This document shows positions 43,601 through 58,200 of a stretch of 64,000 nucleotides of DNA, in pieces. A program made the position numbers and the translations under genes. This DNA comes from Mycoplasmatales bacterium (GTDB lineage Bacteria; Bacillota_I; Bacilli_A; CBDATW01). The stretch spans positions 205,853 to 269,852 of the forward strand of contig OZ245334.1 of assembly GCA_965226165.1 (NCBI GenBank). The letters run 5' to 3'. Under the pieces are notes generated by a model. That model saw only the letters and a list, made by a program, of their open reading frames with translations. It did not search any database and was not told the origin of the DNA. Each line of letters starts with the position of its first letter. Position 1 is the first letter of the stretch.

Positions 43601-46600
43601 CCGGATTAGTTTGAATTTTTTGTCAATAACTTTGTTCCTTTCCATTACCATCACTAAAATTAATACTAATTGGTGCTCTTCTTTTGACATATGTTGTGTA
43701 TTTTCAAGAATAATCGCTTGCAGTTCCTTTTTGATCTGACATCAAGGAATCTAAAACTCATTTTTCAACTGGAGAGTAATCACTTTTTAATCAAAGCATA
43801 ATATCATTTTCACTTTTCGTTTTTTTATAAAAATCGCTTGTTTCAAATTGATCAATTAAAGCCTTATTTTCATCATTTTTTAAAACATTTAAAAGATAGC
43901 TATCTGATTTAGTGTTATTGATTCATTTTTCCTTAGTATCATAACTACCACTTGGTGGCGAAGCGCTGAATCAATCATTCACTGAATCTTTAAAATTATT
44001 ATCACCAGTATCAGTCTCTCTTCAAGCTGTTTTTAGTTCTTCCTTATTAGATTGTTCTCAAGTGTCATATGCACTTGTAGATGCTTGGTTTTGAATTCAA
44101 GTTTCGAAACTTCTTTTGTAGGTTCCTGCTGCCGCTCATTGATTTTTTTTAATTGTGTAATCAGGTTGATTTTCCCAATGGGTTTTTAAAAGTTTTTTTC
44201 CTTCATCGCTTTCTTTTCAAGTTTCATAAGAACTTTTAGCATGATTAGAGGTATCCCACTCATTACGAGTCTTTCTTTTGTTGTTGGCTGTTATTCACTC
44301 TTGAAGTTTTTCTTGATATTTATCAGTGTCTTTATAATAATTTTTTAAAGCTTCTTGCCCTTGTGTGCTTCCTTTTCATTGATTATATTTTTCTAGAGCC
44401 TTGCCACTTTTTAACCAATCACTTTTTCTTAAAATCTCAAAATTTTTATTAACTCAATTATTTTTTAATTCATTTTGATAACTTTTTGAGCTTCAATCTT
44501 GATTGTTTCAATGGTCTTTTAAAACCTGGCGATTATTAGCTTTTCAATGTTTTAATGATTGAATATAATGTCCAAATTTATATGAATAATTACTATATGT
44601 TCATTCTGTATTTTTATTTAAATTTCACAAATTATAAGCTGGACCATAATATTTTAAATTTACCAAATCTCCATTAGCATTTTGATATTTATATTTATTT
44701 TCAATATCTTGAGGGTTGGGAAATGTCTTAAAATCTCCTTTCCCTTTAAGGGCGCCAGAACCTGTTACATTTATTCCCTTGCTTTTTCACCTATTAATAT
44801 TTTCATCATTATAAATTGCAACTTTTTTTAATCCTTTTTTTATCCATTCTTCTTTAGCTTTATCAAAATACTTATCATATCAATAATTATCTATATGTCG
44901 AAGGTGATTTGTTTGCAAATATGCTTTAGTGCTTATCCACTCATTAAAACTAGTGGTTCCCTCTTCACTTTTTGCCCAAACTTGCAAACTTTTTACTGGA
45001 GGTTTTTCCCCTGGTCATTTAGCATGAGCTGCTTGAAAACCAGCATCATCCTCTTTTTCTCATTTAACCCCTTCTTCAACAACCATTGTGCTTTTACTTC
45101 TTGTGTTTTTCCAAGTTGCAAAAGCATTATCGGCTTTGTAGGGATCATTGGGGTCTCCACCATTGTAAAGTGCTCATCCTTGTTTATCTCTTTTACCACC
45201 TCAAGAACCTAATCAAGTATTAAGAGCATTTTTGTAAGATTGTTGTTGGTGAAAAACATTACTTAGTACTGTTTTTGCATCATCACTCACTTTTCAGTTG
45301 TTGTATTTTGATCAAGCATGGGTTGCTCCCCTGCTAAATCATTGGTTTTTTGGCGTTTTGGTAGTAAATTTGCTTGAATCTAGTAATCAAGTATTACGGT
45401 TGGTTGTATAATCACTACTTGCTTCATAAAGAGGTTTTAAAACATTTCTTCCCCCACTTGTTACTCGTCAAGCATTATAAGAAGCTTTAGCTGCATCAAG
45501 ACCTAATCAAACATTTTTGCTACGCTTAATTTTGTTGTTTTCAATTCAAGTGTCTTTTTTATTAGTGTAATCAGTTGTTGTTTCCCAATTAGTTTTTAAT
45601 AAAGCATCATTACCTGCACTTGCTAACCAAGTGTTGTATTTTGTTGTGGCATCATTTGTTGTTGATCAAAAGGCTTTATTTCTTTTGGTGTAATTAGCAG
45701 CGATTCAAGCATCTTTTTTTCTTCCATAATCACCATCAGCATTTCTCATTCATTCATTTTTAAGTAAAGTTTGCGCATTTGGTGTAACTTTTCAAGCATT
45801 ATAAAAAGGAGTTGAATGAGCACTTTGCAATCATTCATCTTTCCCTTTCTTATCAGTAAAACTACTTTTAATTCAATCTTCTTTTTTAGTAGTGTAATCA
45901 TTAGTTGCTTCCCAAATTGGTTTTAAAGCATTTCTTCCAGCAGTTGTTACTCTTCAAGCATTATAATAATTATTAACAGCCTCAGAATTAATTCAAGCAC
46001 TTTTACCTTGAGATGATCAAGTGTTTTTTCTAGAAGTGTAAGTATTAAGTTTTTTAATCTCATTTTCAATTTCTAAGTTTCCAGCTGCTGAATCTTTGTA
46101 CTCATTAAATTTATTGATTCATAATGATTCATCATTTTGATATTGGGAGATAGTTTTTTTATTTGGATAAACATTAATTCAAGCATTTCTTTTTTGGGTA
46201 TAATCAGCAGTTGTTTTTCAATTTTTTTCCACATCGCTTTGATAATTAGAAGAAGCTTTTCAATTTTGGTAATAACTATTAACATAAGAACTACTCAATC
46301 AATTATTTTTATTACCCTTTTGGTTTTTTAAATCTAATCAAGCTTGTTTTTTATCTGTATAATCTTTTGTTTTTTTTCATGAAGTTTCAAGAGCAGCTAA
46401 GTTTGCTGCCTTTGCTCTTCAAGCATCGTAATCATCACGATATTGTGCTTCCCTATTTTTCATATCAAAAAAAGTTTTAGCATTAATTGCTCCTGGACCA
46501 TTCTTAATTCAATCATCAGCTTCTTTTGAAAAATCAGCACTATTAATATAATGAGACTTTAAAAAGGTCTTTCCACTACTACCAACTTTTCAATTATTAT

Positions 46601-47018
46601 ATTCTTGTTGATACTTAGTTTGCTTTTTGGCAATTTTATAAAAGTCCTTAAAAGGTCTTTTTGTGTTTCCTGCTCACCTTTGAAGACCTGCCTTAAACTG
46701 AGGAGTCTTTACAAAATCTTCACCTAAATTTTTGATCCCATCCTGAGAGTTTCTTCACTTTTCATATTGAGAAATTGCCTCTGGAGTATTGATTCAATCC
46801 GAAAAAGTTACTTCCCTTCTTTGCCCTAAAAAAGAACTAGAAAGTGAATCAATTAAAGATTTTGGTTTTTTTACACCAGTATTATTTTGTTTAGTTAAAT
46901 TACTTTGGTTTGCATTTTGGTTTAGTCCAAGGGTAGCTGAATCATTAACATAATATGTTCCAGCCGCCAGCATTGAAACTGTTCCAAAAATAAAACTTGA
47001 ATTATTCTTCTTAATCAT
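40620..47018 (-). CDS. Giant Trp-periodic repeat surface protein, paralog A (~2132 aa)
   Basis: One code-4 frame (track fragments 46794-47018 and 42987-43334 share it); N-anchor, ~53-aa and ~46-52-aa repeats, conserved C-module. Confidence 0.8.
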
Positions 47019-47062
47019 TAAAAATCACCCCTTTTTAACTTCAATAATTTTTCACTAAATAT

Positions 47063-47090
47063 ATTTTACATTAAAAGAGATTATTTTCAA
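47063..47090 (-). promoter_or_regulatory. Putative promoter of paralog A
   Basis: TTGAAA-16nt-TAAAAT on minus strand. Confidence 0.45.
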
Positions 47091-47122
47091 ATAAATAAAT
47101 CATTATTTATAATAAATAATAA

Positions 47123-50100
47123 CTATTTTCTTTCTTGTTTTCATTTATTAAACATCAATTGAGCAAAAGCACTTTCTTTAAACAAAGCAAAACCATTATT
47201 TTTATTTTTTGATCAATCTAAATTCTTTTCCAAATAATGCTTGCTTGCTTCATAATCTTCTACAACTGGAGCAACCCCAACTGGATCATCTCATTTACTA
47301 TATAATCTTTTAACATGAGCACTTTCCACATAATCATTAAAATATTTATAGTTTGTGGTTTTTATAAAAGCAATATAATCATTTTTAAAGGTTTGACTAT
47401 TTTGGTATTTTTTTTCATCCCTTTTTATTAAATTAACAAAGTAAAGATCATTTTTAAAAACATTTTTTCCATTATCAAAAATACTTCCTCATGCTGTTAA
47501 ATGTTTACTTTTGGCTTGACTTGATAAATAATCATTTTCTCCTTTTAAATCATTAACATAATTGTTGTAATTATTAGTACTTTGTTCAAGTGAATTATAA
47601 GCTGCTAAAATATTATTAGATTTACTTTTATAACTATTAAAGTCCTTATTAAATTCTAGTGATAAATCGTATTTATTACCAACTCTAACTTTAGGATCAA
47701 TTCAATTATTATAATCATTAACAAAGTTTTGTGAATTTTTATAAACACTTTTTCCATAAGTAGTTTTTAATTGGTTTAAAAGATTTAAATAAGCTGATGA
47801 TTTTAAAAATTCTGCTGCTAATACTTTTGGTTTATCAATTAAATATTGATTACTTTTTTGATACGTAGCAAAACCATTGGCTAAGACTTTGCTTCAATTT
47901 GCTAAATCAACGTTGAATTGAGCATCAACTTTATAAGCACTTTCTCCTTGCAAGTTATATCAACTTTGATAATCCTTATTAATTTGACTAGAAGATTCAT
48001 AAACTGGCATTCCAAAGCTTTTGGTCAAAAAAGCATCAAAATCCTTTTGAAAACTTGAACCACGATCATAATATTTGTTTTTATTAGTTAATAATCAGTT
48101 ATTAAATGCAGCAATTCCATCAGCTTGGCTGGCATAAAATAAAAATCCTAAAGTTTTCCCATAAGTTGATTCTTTGGTAAATGCTCAAGTGGCAAAATCA
48201 GAGTTAAAATCACTATCATTTTGATAATCTCTTTCACTTGGATAATTAGGATTAGGGTCAATTCAATCATTATAGTGATTGTTTGAGATTCAATGGCGCT
48301 TATAAGCACTAAAACCAGCATCACTATTAATTCAATTATTATAATCTTGACTATACTTAGTAGTTTTAGCAAATTCTTGATTTTTCTTATCATTTAGCTT
48401 TTGGTTATAATCATTATCAGCTGCTCCACTTGATTGATAAAAGGCTTTTCCTTCACTAATTCCTTGATCATTAAATTGATAATATTTTTTAATATCAATA
48501 TAAAATTGAAATGATTTAAGATAATCACGCTCTGCCTTAGGGTCATTTCAATTTTTATAATCCTTTTTAGCATCACTTGTTTTTAAATAGTGATAATAGC
48601 CATTATCAGCTTTTCATTTAGCAGCATCACGATAAGTTGCAAAATCATTTTGAAAAGCTGTGCTATTTTCATATGCATTAGGATCAACTCAACTATTATA
48701 ATCAGTTAAAGCATAAGCATTATTTAAGTAGTGATTTAAACCAATTTGCTTACCATTAGCACCAAGCTTAATTAAATAAGCATTGTAATCTTGGTTAAAC
48801 ATATAGTTGCTATCATAGTTTTGTAATGTTGTGGCAATTGGGTTAGGATCATTTCAACCATTATAATTACTCTTAGCATCACTTGTTGTTTTATAAACTT
48901 CAATTCCATTTGCCTTAGTTGCACTTCAGGCATCAAGACTTTGATTATAATCATTTGTCGCTTTTTTAAATTCCTTTTGTTTATATTCAAGATAAGCTTT
49001 TGATAATGCAACATTATCTTTTGCTCACTGCTTTTTAAGATAATTTTTTAAGATAATTTGGTATTCATCTGGATGGTGGTTTTTATAAACATGACCAGCA
49101 TAAAATCAATAATTAGCTTTAGCGTATTGGTGGTTTCCAAAAGGTTGTTTTTTACTTGCACTTGTTCCTGGAGGTCATTTTGTAAAGTAGTTATTCATAT
49201 CCATTTTGACAAGTTCCATAATTGTCTTTTTAAAATCACTTCTAAAGTTAAAATGCATTTCAGCAAAGAAGCGTTTTAAATTCGCTCATTTTTTCTCATC
49301 AAAATCACTTGCCCCTTGATTGGCCAAAAGATCAGCAAATAAATCCTTACCATACTTTGCTGAATCAGGATACATTTGACTTCCTAGCATTAACATAATG
49401 ACTTGGGGATAAGATAAAATATTTTTACCAATAATAAAGTGTTTTTGATCACCTTGATAAAAATAAACATCTTCCTTAGTCTTATGGTTTTGGTTATTTT
49501 TATCTAGTTTTTTAGCATCTTCAACCCATTTTCAAAAACCATCACTTGATTCTAATCAATCATCAAGAGTGGTATAAGCTTTGATTTTCTTTTCATATTC
49601 CTTATCAAAAATAAGGTTAATTTCTTGTTGTTGAATATAAGTTAAACTTTGCTTAGCATATCACTCTTCAAAAGCCGCATCAGAACTAGCATCATCAACT
49701 CATTTTTCTTTAGTATCTAGATTTTGGTGATTAGTGTTAAATCAATTATTTAATGCCACAACATAAGGACTTGTGGCATCACTATCTTGGTTTCAAACTT
49801 TTTCTAGTTTATTTCTTGCATCATCACTAGTGCTTCAAGTAGTGTAACTGCTAGTTGAATCATTTTCATTTGCCCAACTATCAATACTTCTTTTAATACT
49901 TCCTTGATTTGCTCATTCTTGTTTTTTGGTTGCATAATCAGGACTTTGTTTTCATTCTTGTTTTAAAAATGCTGCTCCAGCACCAGTCTCTTTTCACTTT
50001 TCATAACTGGCTAAGGCATCATCACTATCTTTTCAATCTTGAAAAGAAATTTTATTATAATCATTTTGCTCTCAAGCACTTTTTTTGCTTTGGTAATCAT

Positions 50101-52042
50101 TACTCTTTTTTCATTCATTTTTTAAATGAAGGTCACCCTCACTAGTTTGCTTTCAAGTGTTATAAGCATTTTTAGCATCATCAAGTAAAATATAGTCTTT
50201 TCATAATTGTTTTTGGTAGGCATTATTAACTCATGCTGTTTTTTTACTTTGATAATGAGCACTTTTTTGAAATTCAGCTACCAAATCATCATTTGTTTTA
50301 TCAACATATTCAACATAGGCTTTTTGGTGATCTAAAACATTTCAATCGTGAGGAGTTGCTGCTTTAGCAACTTGGGAATTAAATCATTGGCCTCTTCCAA
50401 TAAAGTTAAAATTAGTTGCTGCTCAATTATCCCGATTAGTTGTATAATCAGCAGAGTTTTTTCAAGCTTTAGTTAAATCTCTTGTTCCAATTGGTGTGCT
50501 TTTTCAATCTTGATATTTGTTTTTAGCATCATCACTTGCTAACCAAGTTGCTTTTGGACGATTAATTGGATTTGCTAAGATTCATTTGTTTTTGCTTTTA
50601 GTATAGTAATTTGTTGTTACTCAATGGTTTTTTGATAATTGGTCATTTTCTGGTCTTGCCACCCAATTGATTCAAGGATTTAGCGTTTCTGGTAATTTTT
50701 TTCAAATTTCTCTATGTTCATCAATAGTGTCTTGGCGATTAGCTCAAGTATTTTTTGCTTGGGTGTAGTTAGCAGTTTTTTTTCACTCATCTTGTAAAGT
50801 TTTTCTTCCACGACTACTAGTTTTTCATTTTTCATATAAAGGTGTTAAATCAGTATTACTTTTTCAAGTTTGCAAACTATCACCATTGTAATTGTTTTGG
50901 ATTCATAAGTTTTTCTTTTGAACATAATCTTGGCTTTTTAATCACTGTGGTTTTAAAGCTGTTGTTGCTTCTGCCTTCTGGATTCATGAGGCATAATAAT
51001 TTTGAAACAAGTCTTGATTAATTGATCTTTGACCTGCTGCTTGCACTCATTCTTGTTTTTTGTTTAAAAATTCATTTTTTGTTTTGACATAATCTTCAAT
51101 CATTTTATTTCCCTGAGTGGAAGCTTTAAATTTATTAAAATTATCTTCTCAAAGTAAATCATTATTTTTGTATTTTTCTAAAGTTGTTTTATCAGGAGAA
51201 GCTATGATCCATTTCTTTAATTTATCTTGATAATCTAAGGAAGCCTTTCAATAAGTTTTGATTTGGCTTGAAAATGAATTAGCACTTTTTCAAGCATCAA
51301 TATATTTTTGTCCCTTGGTTGAAGCTAATCATTTTCTTTTACTATCTTTAGCATTAACTTTTCTTAATCAAGCATCTTTTTGCAATGAGTAATCGACGCT
51401 ACTTTTTCAACTAGTTTCCATTTTAGCAATATTGTTATTTTTTTTAATTCATGCATCATAATCACTTTTTGCTTGAGAAGATTTTAAATAATTTTGTGAA
51501 TCTTCACTAAAATTCCCATTATTAATTCAAAAACGAGATTTAGTTGCAAATGAAACATCATTAATATAATGTTTTTTTAATTGACTAGTCCCCTCATCTG
51601 AAACCTTTCAATTTAAAAAGTCATTTTTATATTTAGATTCTTTTTTAACAATTCTTTTAAATTCTTTAATATTTCTTTTGGTTGATCTTGCTCAATTTAA
51701 AATGCCTTTTTTAAATTCAGAACTTTCTTTAAAAGTTGCTCCTAATGTTTTAACTCCACTTGGGCTTTTTCTCCAAGCATCATAAGCACTAGTTGATTCT
51801 GGAGTAGCTAATCATTGATCAAAAGTAACCTCTGATCCTTGCCCGCTTAATGCACTAGTAATTCTTTTTAATGGATCTTGAGGTTTTTTAGCTTGTGATT
51901 TAAGGGAACTTGGATCATCTTTACTTAACAATGATTCATTGTTTGGGGAAATAAAAAGATCAGGGTTGGCTGAATAATAAGCCCCTACTGCTAATATCGA
52001 AAATACAGCAAAGAAGTTATTATTTTTTTGTCTTTTTTTCAT
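47123..52042 (-). CDS. Giant Trp-periodic repeat surface protein, paralog B (~1639 aa)
   Basis: N-anchor MKKRQKNNNFFAVFSILAVGAYY, EVTFDQW module near-collinear with paralog A; TAG stop 47123-47125. Confidence 0.8.
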
Positions 52043-52098
52043 TAGATCACTCCATTGATTTAATCAAAACTAGTACTTTAAAATTTTAAAGTCTATAT

Positions 52099-52126
52099 AT
52101 TTTATACTTTTTTTTTAAAATTACAA
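52099..52126 (-). promoter_or_regulatory. Putative promoter of paralog B with A9 tract in spacer
   Basis: TTGTAA-ttttAAAAAAAAAgta-TAAAAT on minus strand. Confidence 0.45.
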
Positions 52127-52257
52127 GTATATTTATATATTCCTAAAAACCCACCTACAAAACGCTTAATCTTAATTAAATATATAATACATTTTTTTAA
52201 CTAAAATTAAAAGCAAATTTTAGGTATTTTAAATATTTTTTTAACCTAAATGAAGTT

Positions 52258-55200
52258 TTATTTTTGGGTTTTTTCAAAAGCACTTTCAGCCATTGAAGAA
52301 GTCATAAAGGTACTCATTCCATTGTCCATAATTGCTGCTCAAGCATTAAAGACTTTTAAGTAATCACTATGGCTTTGGTATAAATCAGCATCAGGAGTAA
52401 TTCCCACTGGATCTTTTCACTCTTGATATCAAGCACTTAAATTAGCATTTAAGTATTTTTCAAATGAAGCTTCAAGATTATCATTAATAAAGATTTTTAA
52501 GTCATTAATAAATTGTTCATTTGCTAAATATTTTTGAGTATTTCTTACTCTTTGGTTATTAAAGTTTTGGAAAAGGGTTAAAGTATTAGCATCGTTTTTA
52601 AAGAAGTCAACAATGTTTTGATCAATATCCCTTCATTTGGTTAAATCACCATCCTTAGTCTTACTATTTAGATAATCATCTTCATCTTTTAAATCATTTA
52701 AATAAATATTGTAATCAGTATTACTTTGAGCATTGTTTTTATAAGCAGCATGTTGGTTAACTTTGTTTTTATAATAATTTTGGTAATCACTAACAAAGGT
52801 ATCATTTAATTGGTATTTATTAGCTGTTCTAATATTAGGGTCTACTCAATCATTATAATATTGTTGGAATTGAGCAGTATTCTTATAAATATCTTTACTA
52901 TAATTTAGCTTCAAATTATTCATTAAGGTTACACCTTCATTTGACTTTGCAAATTCAGCATCAAGAAGACTTGCTCATTCATTAACTCCTGAATTAGAAC
53001 TTAAATAGTGATTTTTATTACTATTTTCACTTTGTGATCAAGTATCCAAATCATTAATAAATTCATCACTTGCTTTATAGTCATCTTCACCATTAAGATC
53101 AATTCAATTATCATAATCATTTGTTGCTTGGTCTTGACTTAAGTAGTATTTAAACTCATTACTTTGATTATTAGTGGCTTCATTTTTTCAACTATTAAAA
53201 TCACTATTAAAAGTAGCATCATTTTGGTATTGGTTTACCCAATGGGTAGCAATTCAATTATTATAATCACTTGTTGCTTGGTCTTGAGTCAAGAAGTAAC
53301 TAAAGCCATTACTTTGGTTATTGACTACTTTATCTTTTCAAGCTTCAAAGTCATTAACAAATGTGGCATTATTTAAGTAATCAGCTTCACTATTAAGGGT
53401 TGGGTTTGGATCATTTCAACCTTGATAATCACTATCTGATTGATTAGATGCCTTATAAACATCAATTCCTTTTGTTTTATCACTTGATCAAGCATCAATA
53501 TCATTAGTAAATTCATCGCTTGTTTTATAGTCATCTTCACCTTCAAGATCAACTCAATTATTGTAACTATCTATTGCCTCTTGTTGATTCAAGTAATAAC
53601 TAGCTCCATTACTTAAGTTATTTGTTACCATATCTCTTCAAGCATTAAAATCACTTTGAAAAGCAGCACTATTAGCATAAGTTTTATCACCCATTTCTCC
53701 ATTTCAACTATTATAATCACTATCTGATTGGTTATGAGTTAGATAATAATTAAATCCATTTGTTGCATTAACAATTTGGTTATCCCTTCAAGTGGCAAAG
53801 TCATTAGCAAATGTGGCATCATTTAAGTAATCAGCTTCACTATTAAGAATTGGATTTGGATCATTTCAACCTTGATAATCACTATCTGATTGATTAGATG
53901 CTTTATAAACATCAATTCCTTTAGTTTTATCACTTGATCAAGTGTCAATATCATTATTAAATTCACCACTTCTTTTATAAGCGCCTTCTCCATTAAGGTC
54001 AATTCAACTATTATAATCATTAGTTCCATCTTGAGAGTTTAGGTAATAGGTTAGTTTATTTTCTTTACCATTAGTTGTTCCATCTCTTCAAGTTTCAAAA
54101 GCACTTTGATATTCAGGAGAGTTTAGGTAATTTTTTTCACCATCAGGATCTACCCAAATTTGGTAATCATAATCAGATCTATGTTGCTCAGTATAATACT
54201 TAAGTCCACTACTTCTACTTATGGTTAAATCATCTCTTCAAGCAGCATAATCACTTTGATAAGTAGCAGAATTTTTATACCCTCTTTCATTATTTGCTCT
54301 TGGTGAAGGGTCGGTTCAACTATTATAATCAGTAGTTGATTGATTATCGGATTTAAAAGTATTAATACCTATAGATTTATTACTTGATCATGCATTAATG
54401 TGATTAGTAAATTCACCACTTGCTCTATAAGCGCTCTCTCCATTTGGATCAATTCAATTATTATAATCAGTTGTTGCTTGAGCTTGGTTTAGATAAAAAC
54501 TTAAACCATTGCTTTTACCATTTGTTTCTTTATCTCTTCAAGCTTCAAAATCACTTTGGTATCCAGCACTACTTTTATAAACAGGTTCTAATCCATTATC
54601 TGTTCAAGCATTATATTCGTTATCATCATAAACCCCATCAACATAAGTTTTTACCCCATTACTAATGTTTGAATTTGTTTCAACTTTATCAATTCAAGCA
54701 TTAGCATTATTTGTGAATAAATTAGTGGCAAGATATTCATCATTATAATCGCCAGAGGCTTTACGATTACCATCACTAGTAAGCTCATTAGTAGTTTTTC
54801 AATTTTGCAATTCATTTTGATATTCACTAGATGCTTTAAATGCTTCATCAAGTTTCTTGTTTTTATAATCTTCATAAGTTTCATCTGCTTTATTTAGTCC
54901 AAAGAAATAGTTTTCTAGATTACTCAACCCATTAGCTTGAGAAGCATCCTGATAAGTTGTTAAATCACTATTAAAAGCATTACTATCATTATATTTTGCT
55001 TCATCATTTGTAACAGCTCAAGAACTTGCTTCAGTATCAGAAGCGCTCTTAGTTAAATAATGTTCTTTGGTTTGAAAACTAGTTTTAAAATCATTAAAAT
55101 CACTATCAAGACCACTAGATGTATCATAATCTGGAATTGGTAATGAACTTTGGTAATTAGCAAAATCAGTATTAGCTTGACTTTGATAAAAGTAATAATC

Positions 55201-58200
55201 TTTTTTAATATTTTCATTTTTATCACTTTGTCATCATGCTCTTAAATCAGCATTAGTTTCTGATCCATAATAATCACTTGCTGGTAAAAGAATGTTATCT
55301 TCTCTTCCTGCAGCTGTTCTTTTTCAAGCATTGTAAGCACTATTTGCGATGCTTGAAGATTTAAAAGCACTTAAACCATTATTTTTATCACTAATAAGTC
55401 AAATTCTTAAATCATTAGCATAATTTTGATTTGCATTATATTTACGCTCTTTAAAAACTATATATTCTTGTTGACAAGCAGCTCTTTTTTTGTATTCTGA
55501 CTTCATATAGCGAGTCGTAGTCCACCCGCTTGGTCTAGTCATTCTATAACGTCGTACTTGACTAGAAGATAATTTAGCCCTTCATTCATTATAACCATCA
55601 CGATCTTTATATTTTTCTAATGTATCCATATTAGAGTAGGCTCTGTTAAATCATTTTTCCTTTTTAGAGTTATATTCAGTAGAACCAATAGAACTTTTTC
55701 AAGCGTTTTTTGTGGTAGTGCTAATTGAACTATTAGATTTCACTCAATTTCTATATGCAACATTAGAATCAATTGAATTAACAAAATCATCTTTACTTTT
55801 ATATTGTGGATAACCATTATCAGTACGATATTTTAATAATGATTGATCATAATGATTAGTTTCTTCTCATTTTGATCTAATAAATTCAATATTAGTTTGT
55901 TGAGCCTTTCAAGTGCTATATTTAGTTTCAAAATCTTGAGTTGTTCTTCAATTTTCTTTAGTGATTCCTGGATAATTATTAGAAATTCATTGGTTTTTAG
56001 AATCAGCATAATCTTGAGTTGTTTTTCAAAAAGTTTTTAAATCAGCTTCATTACTTGCATCATTAACATAATTATTAAAGGCTGTATCAAAATCACTAGA
56101 TTGAGCTCAATTTTCTTTGGCATTACCATTAGTTGCAATTCAAGCATCTTTATTATTGGTGTAATCCTGAGTTGTTTTATAATAGTTTTTAAACATTTCT
56201 AAATTAGCATTATTATTTTTAAAGTCATTATAAGCATTTTGACCTTCGCTTGAATTAAATCATTCCATTTTTGTTTGGTGATTATAATTTTGATCAATTT
56301 CTCATTGAGTTTTTTTGGCCTTATAATCCTCAGAGTTTTCTCAATTTATTGAATCATTTAAATAGAATTTATGCATATTGTATCAAGTGCTAAAGTCTTT
56401 TTCATATTGAAAATTACCATTAGTGTAATCACTTTCACTAGCAGTTGTTGTTGAAGTTGTATCATCCCAAGCATCATATGCTTTTGTAGTAGATGTAGAA
56501 GCCTTAAACAAGTCTTTTGATTTATTTTTATCTCCTAGCCATGTTCTTAAAGAACCTTCATAATTATTAATATTTGCATCAAATTTATTTGATTTAAAAG
56601 CATCATCAATTTTATTATTATCAACTAATCAATTATAAAATTTTTCATAATATCAATTTTGATATTGACTAGATTGCTTAGTAATATTAGCATTCTTTAA
56701 TCATAAGTTTTTAAGGTTTCCAAGGAAAGTGTAATCATCTCAAGATGAATCATTATCAATAGCATCATAAAACTTAGATCTATATAAGTTTGCTGAAGCA
56801 TTAGTTCGACCGTGATAAGCATTAGAACGATTGCTAGATGTAATAGAAGGGAAATAACTTTTAACAAGTACATAAAGGAGTCAATGTCAAGTGGAAGAAT
56901 AATATCTAGAAGTATTATCACCATAAGTAAATCATGTTTTTGTAGGACGAGCAGTACTTCTAAATTTAGCAGTAATAAATTCTTTTATAGCCCCCCTACT
57001 ATCCTTAACAAAGCTATCAAAATCTCCCCAATATTTAGATTCTTGATTTGTGTATTGGGCAGATTGTTTTCATTCGTTTTCTAAACTAGTCAAATTCATG
57101 TCTTTAAGATTGTTTTTAAATCATTCATCTCTTTTGGTTGCATAATCATTATCACTAGCTGCTTTTCAATGAGAAAAACTTTCCTTAATGGCATTTCTTG
57201 AATTCTTTCAATCAAGGTAATCTTGATCTGAATCAGCTGAATTTAATCAAAAGTCAATATCTCTTTTTAAGTTATTACTTATAAATGCTTGTTTACTATT
57301 TTGATAACTTGAAGTTGCTTTTCACTCATCTTCATATTGACTATAATCACTTTTCCCAATGTTAGAAGTTGCCTTATAAGCATCTAAATCTTTTTGGTAT
57401 TGACTATGGTTTTCATAATCACTAGTTGCTTGGGATGAATTCTTGTAAATTTCTAAACCATTACTTTTATCATTTGTTCAAGTATTAAAATCACTTGTGA
57501 AATCAGCATCTTCTTGATAAAGTTCTTTTATTTTTCCATCTCATGAGTGATCCACTCAACTATTAACTAAATTCTGTTCATTATTAAAATAAATAATAAA
57601 TGCATCTAAATCTGCCTTTAATCTAATTTGGTAATTTCGATTAGCTGTTGCAAATTCATTACTAGCAATATAATCACTATCTGCTGTTGATGATTTTCAT
57701 GCATTATAATCATAATCAGAAACACCATCATTAAAGTAAACATCTTTATTTGAAACATTATCAACATATGTATTAAATAAGTTTGTATATGATGAAGAGG
57801 CCCTAAATGGGGTATGCTTGTCTGTATCAGTTCAACTATTATAAGCACTAGTTGAATCAGTAGTCCCCATATACAAGTTATAACCAATTTTTTGGTTTGA
57901 GTTTGCAGCATTATTTGTATATGCTTCAAAGTCAATTAAGAATTGATCACTTCTTTCATAATTACTATTTGAGGCAAGTTCAGGACTTGAATCATTCCAA
58001 TTATCATAGGCGTTTTGAGCATCATCAGTTGACTTGAAAATATCTTTACCATTATTTTTATTTTCTAATCATTTTCCTAGAGCTATTTGATAATTGTATG
58101 ATGCATTAGTAGATAACTTAAACAATCCTTTTTTTTCATTTAGTGTTCAACCCTGGCTACTACTTAAACCTGAATAATTGTTAAATCAATAGTTTAAAGA

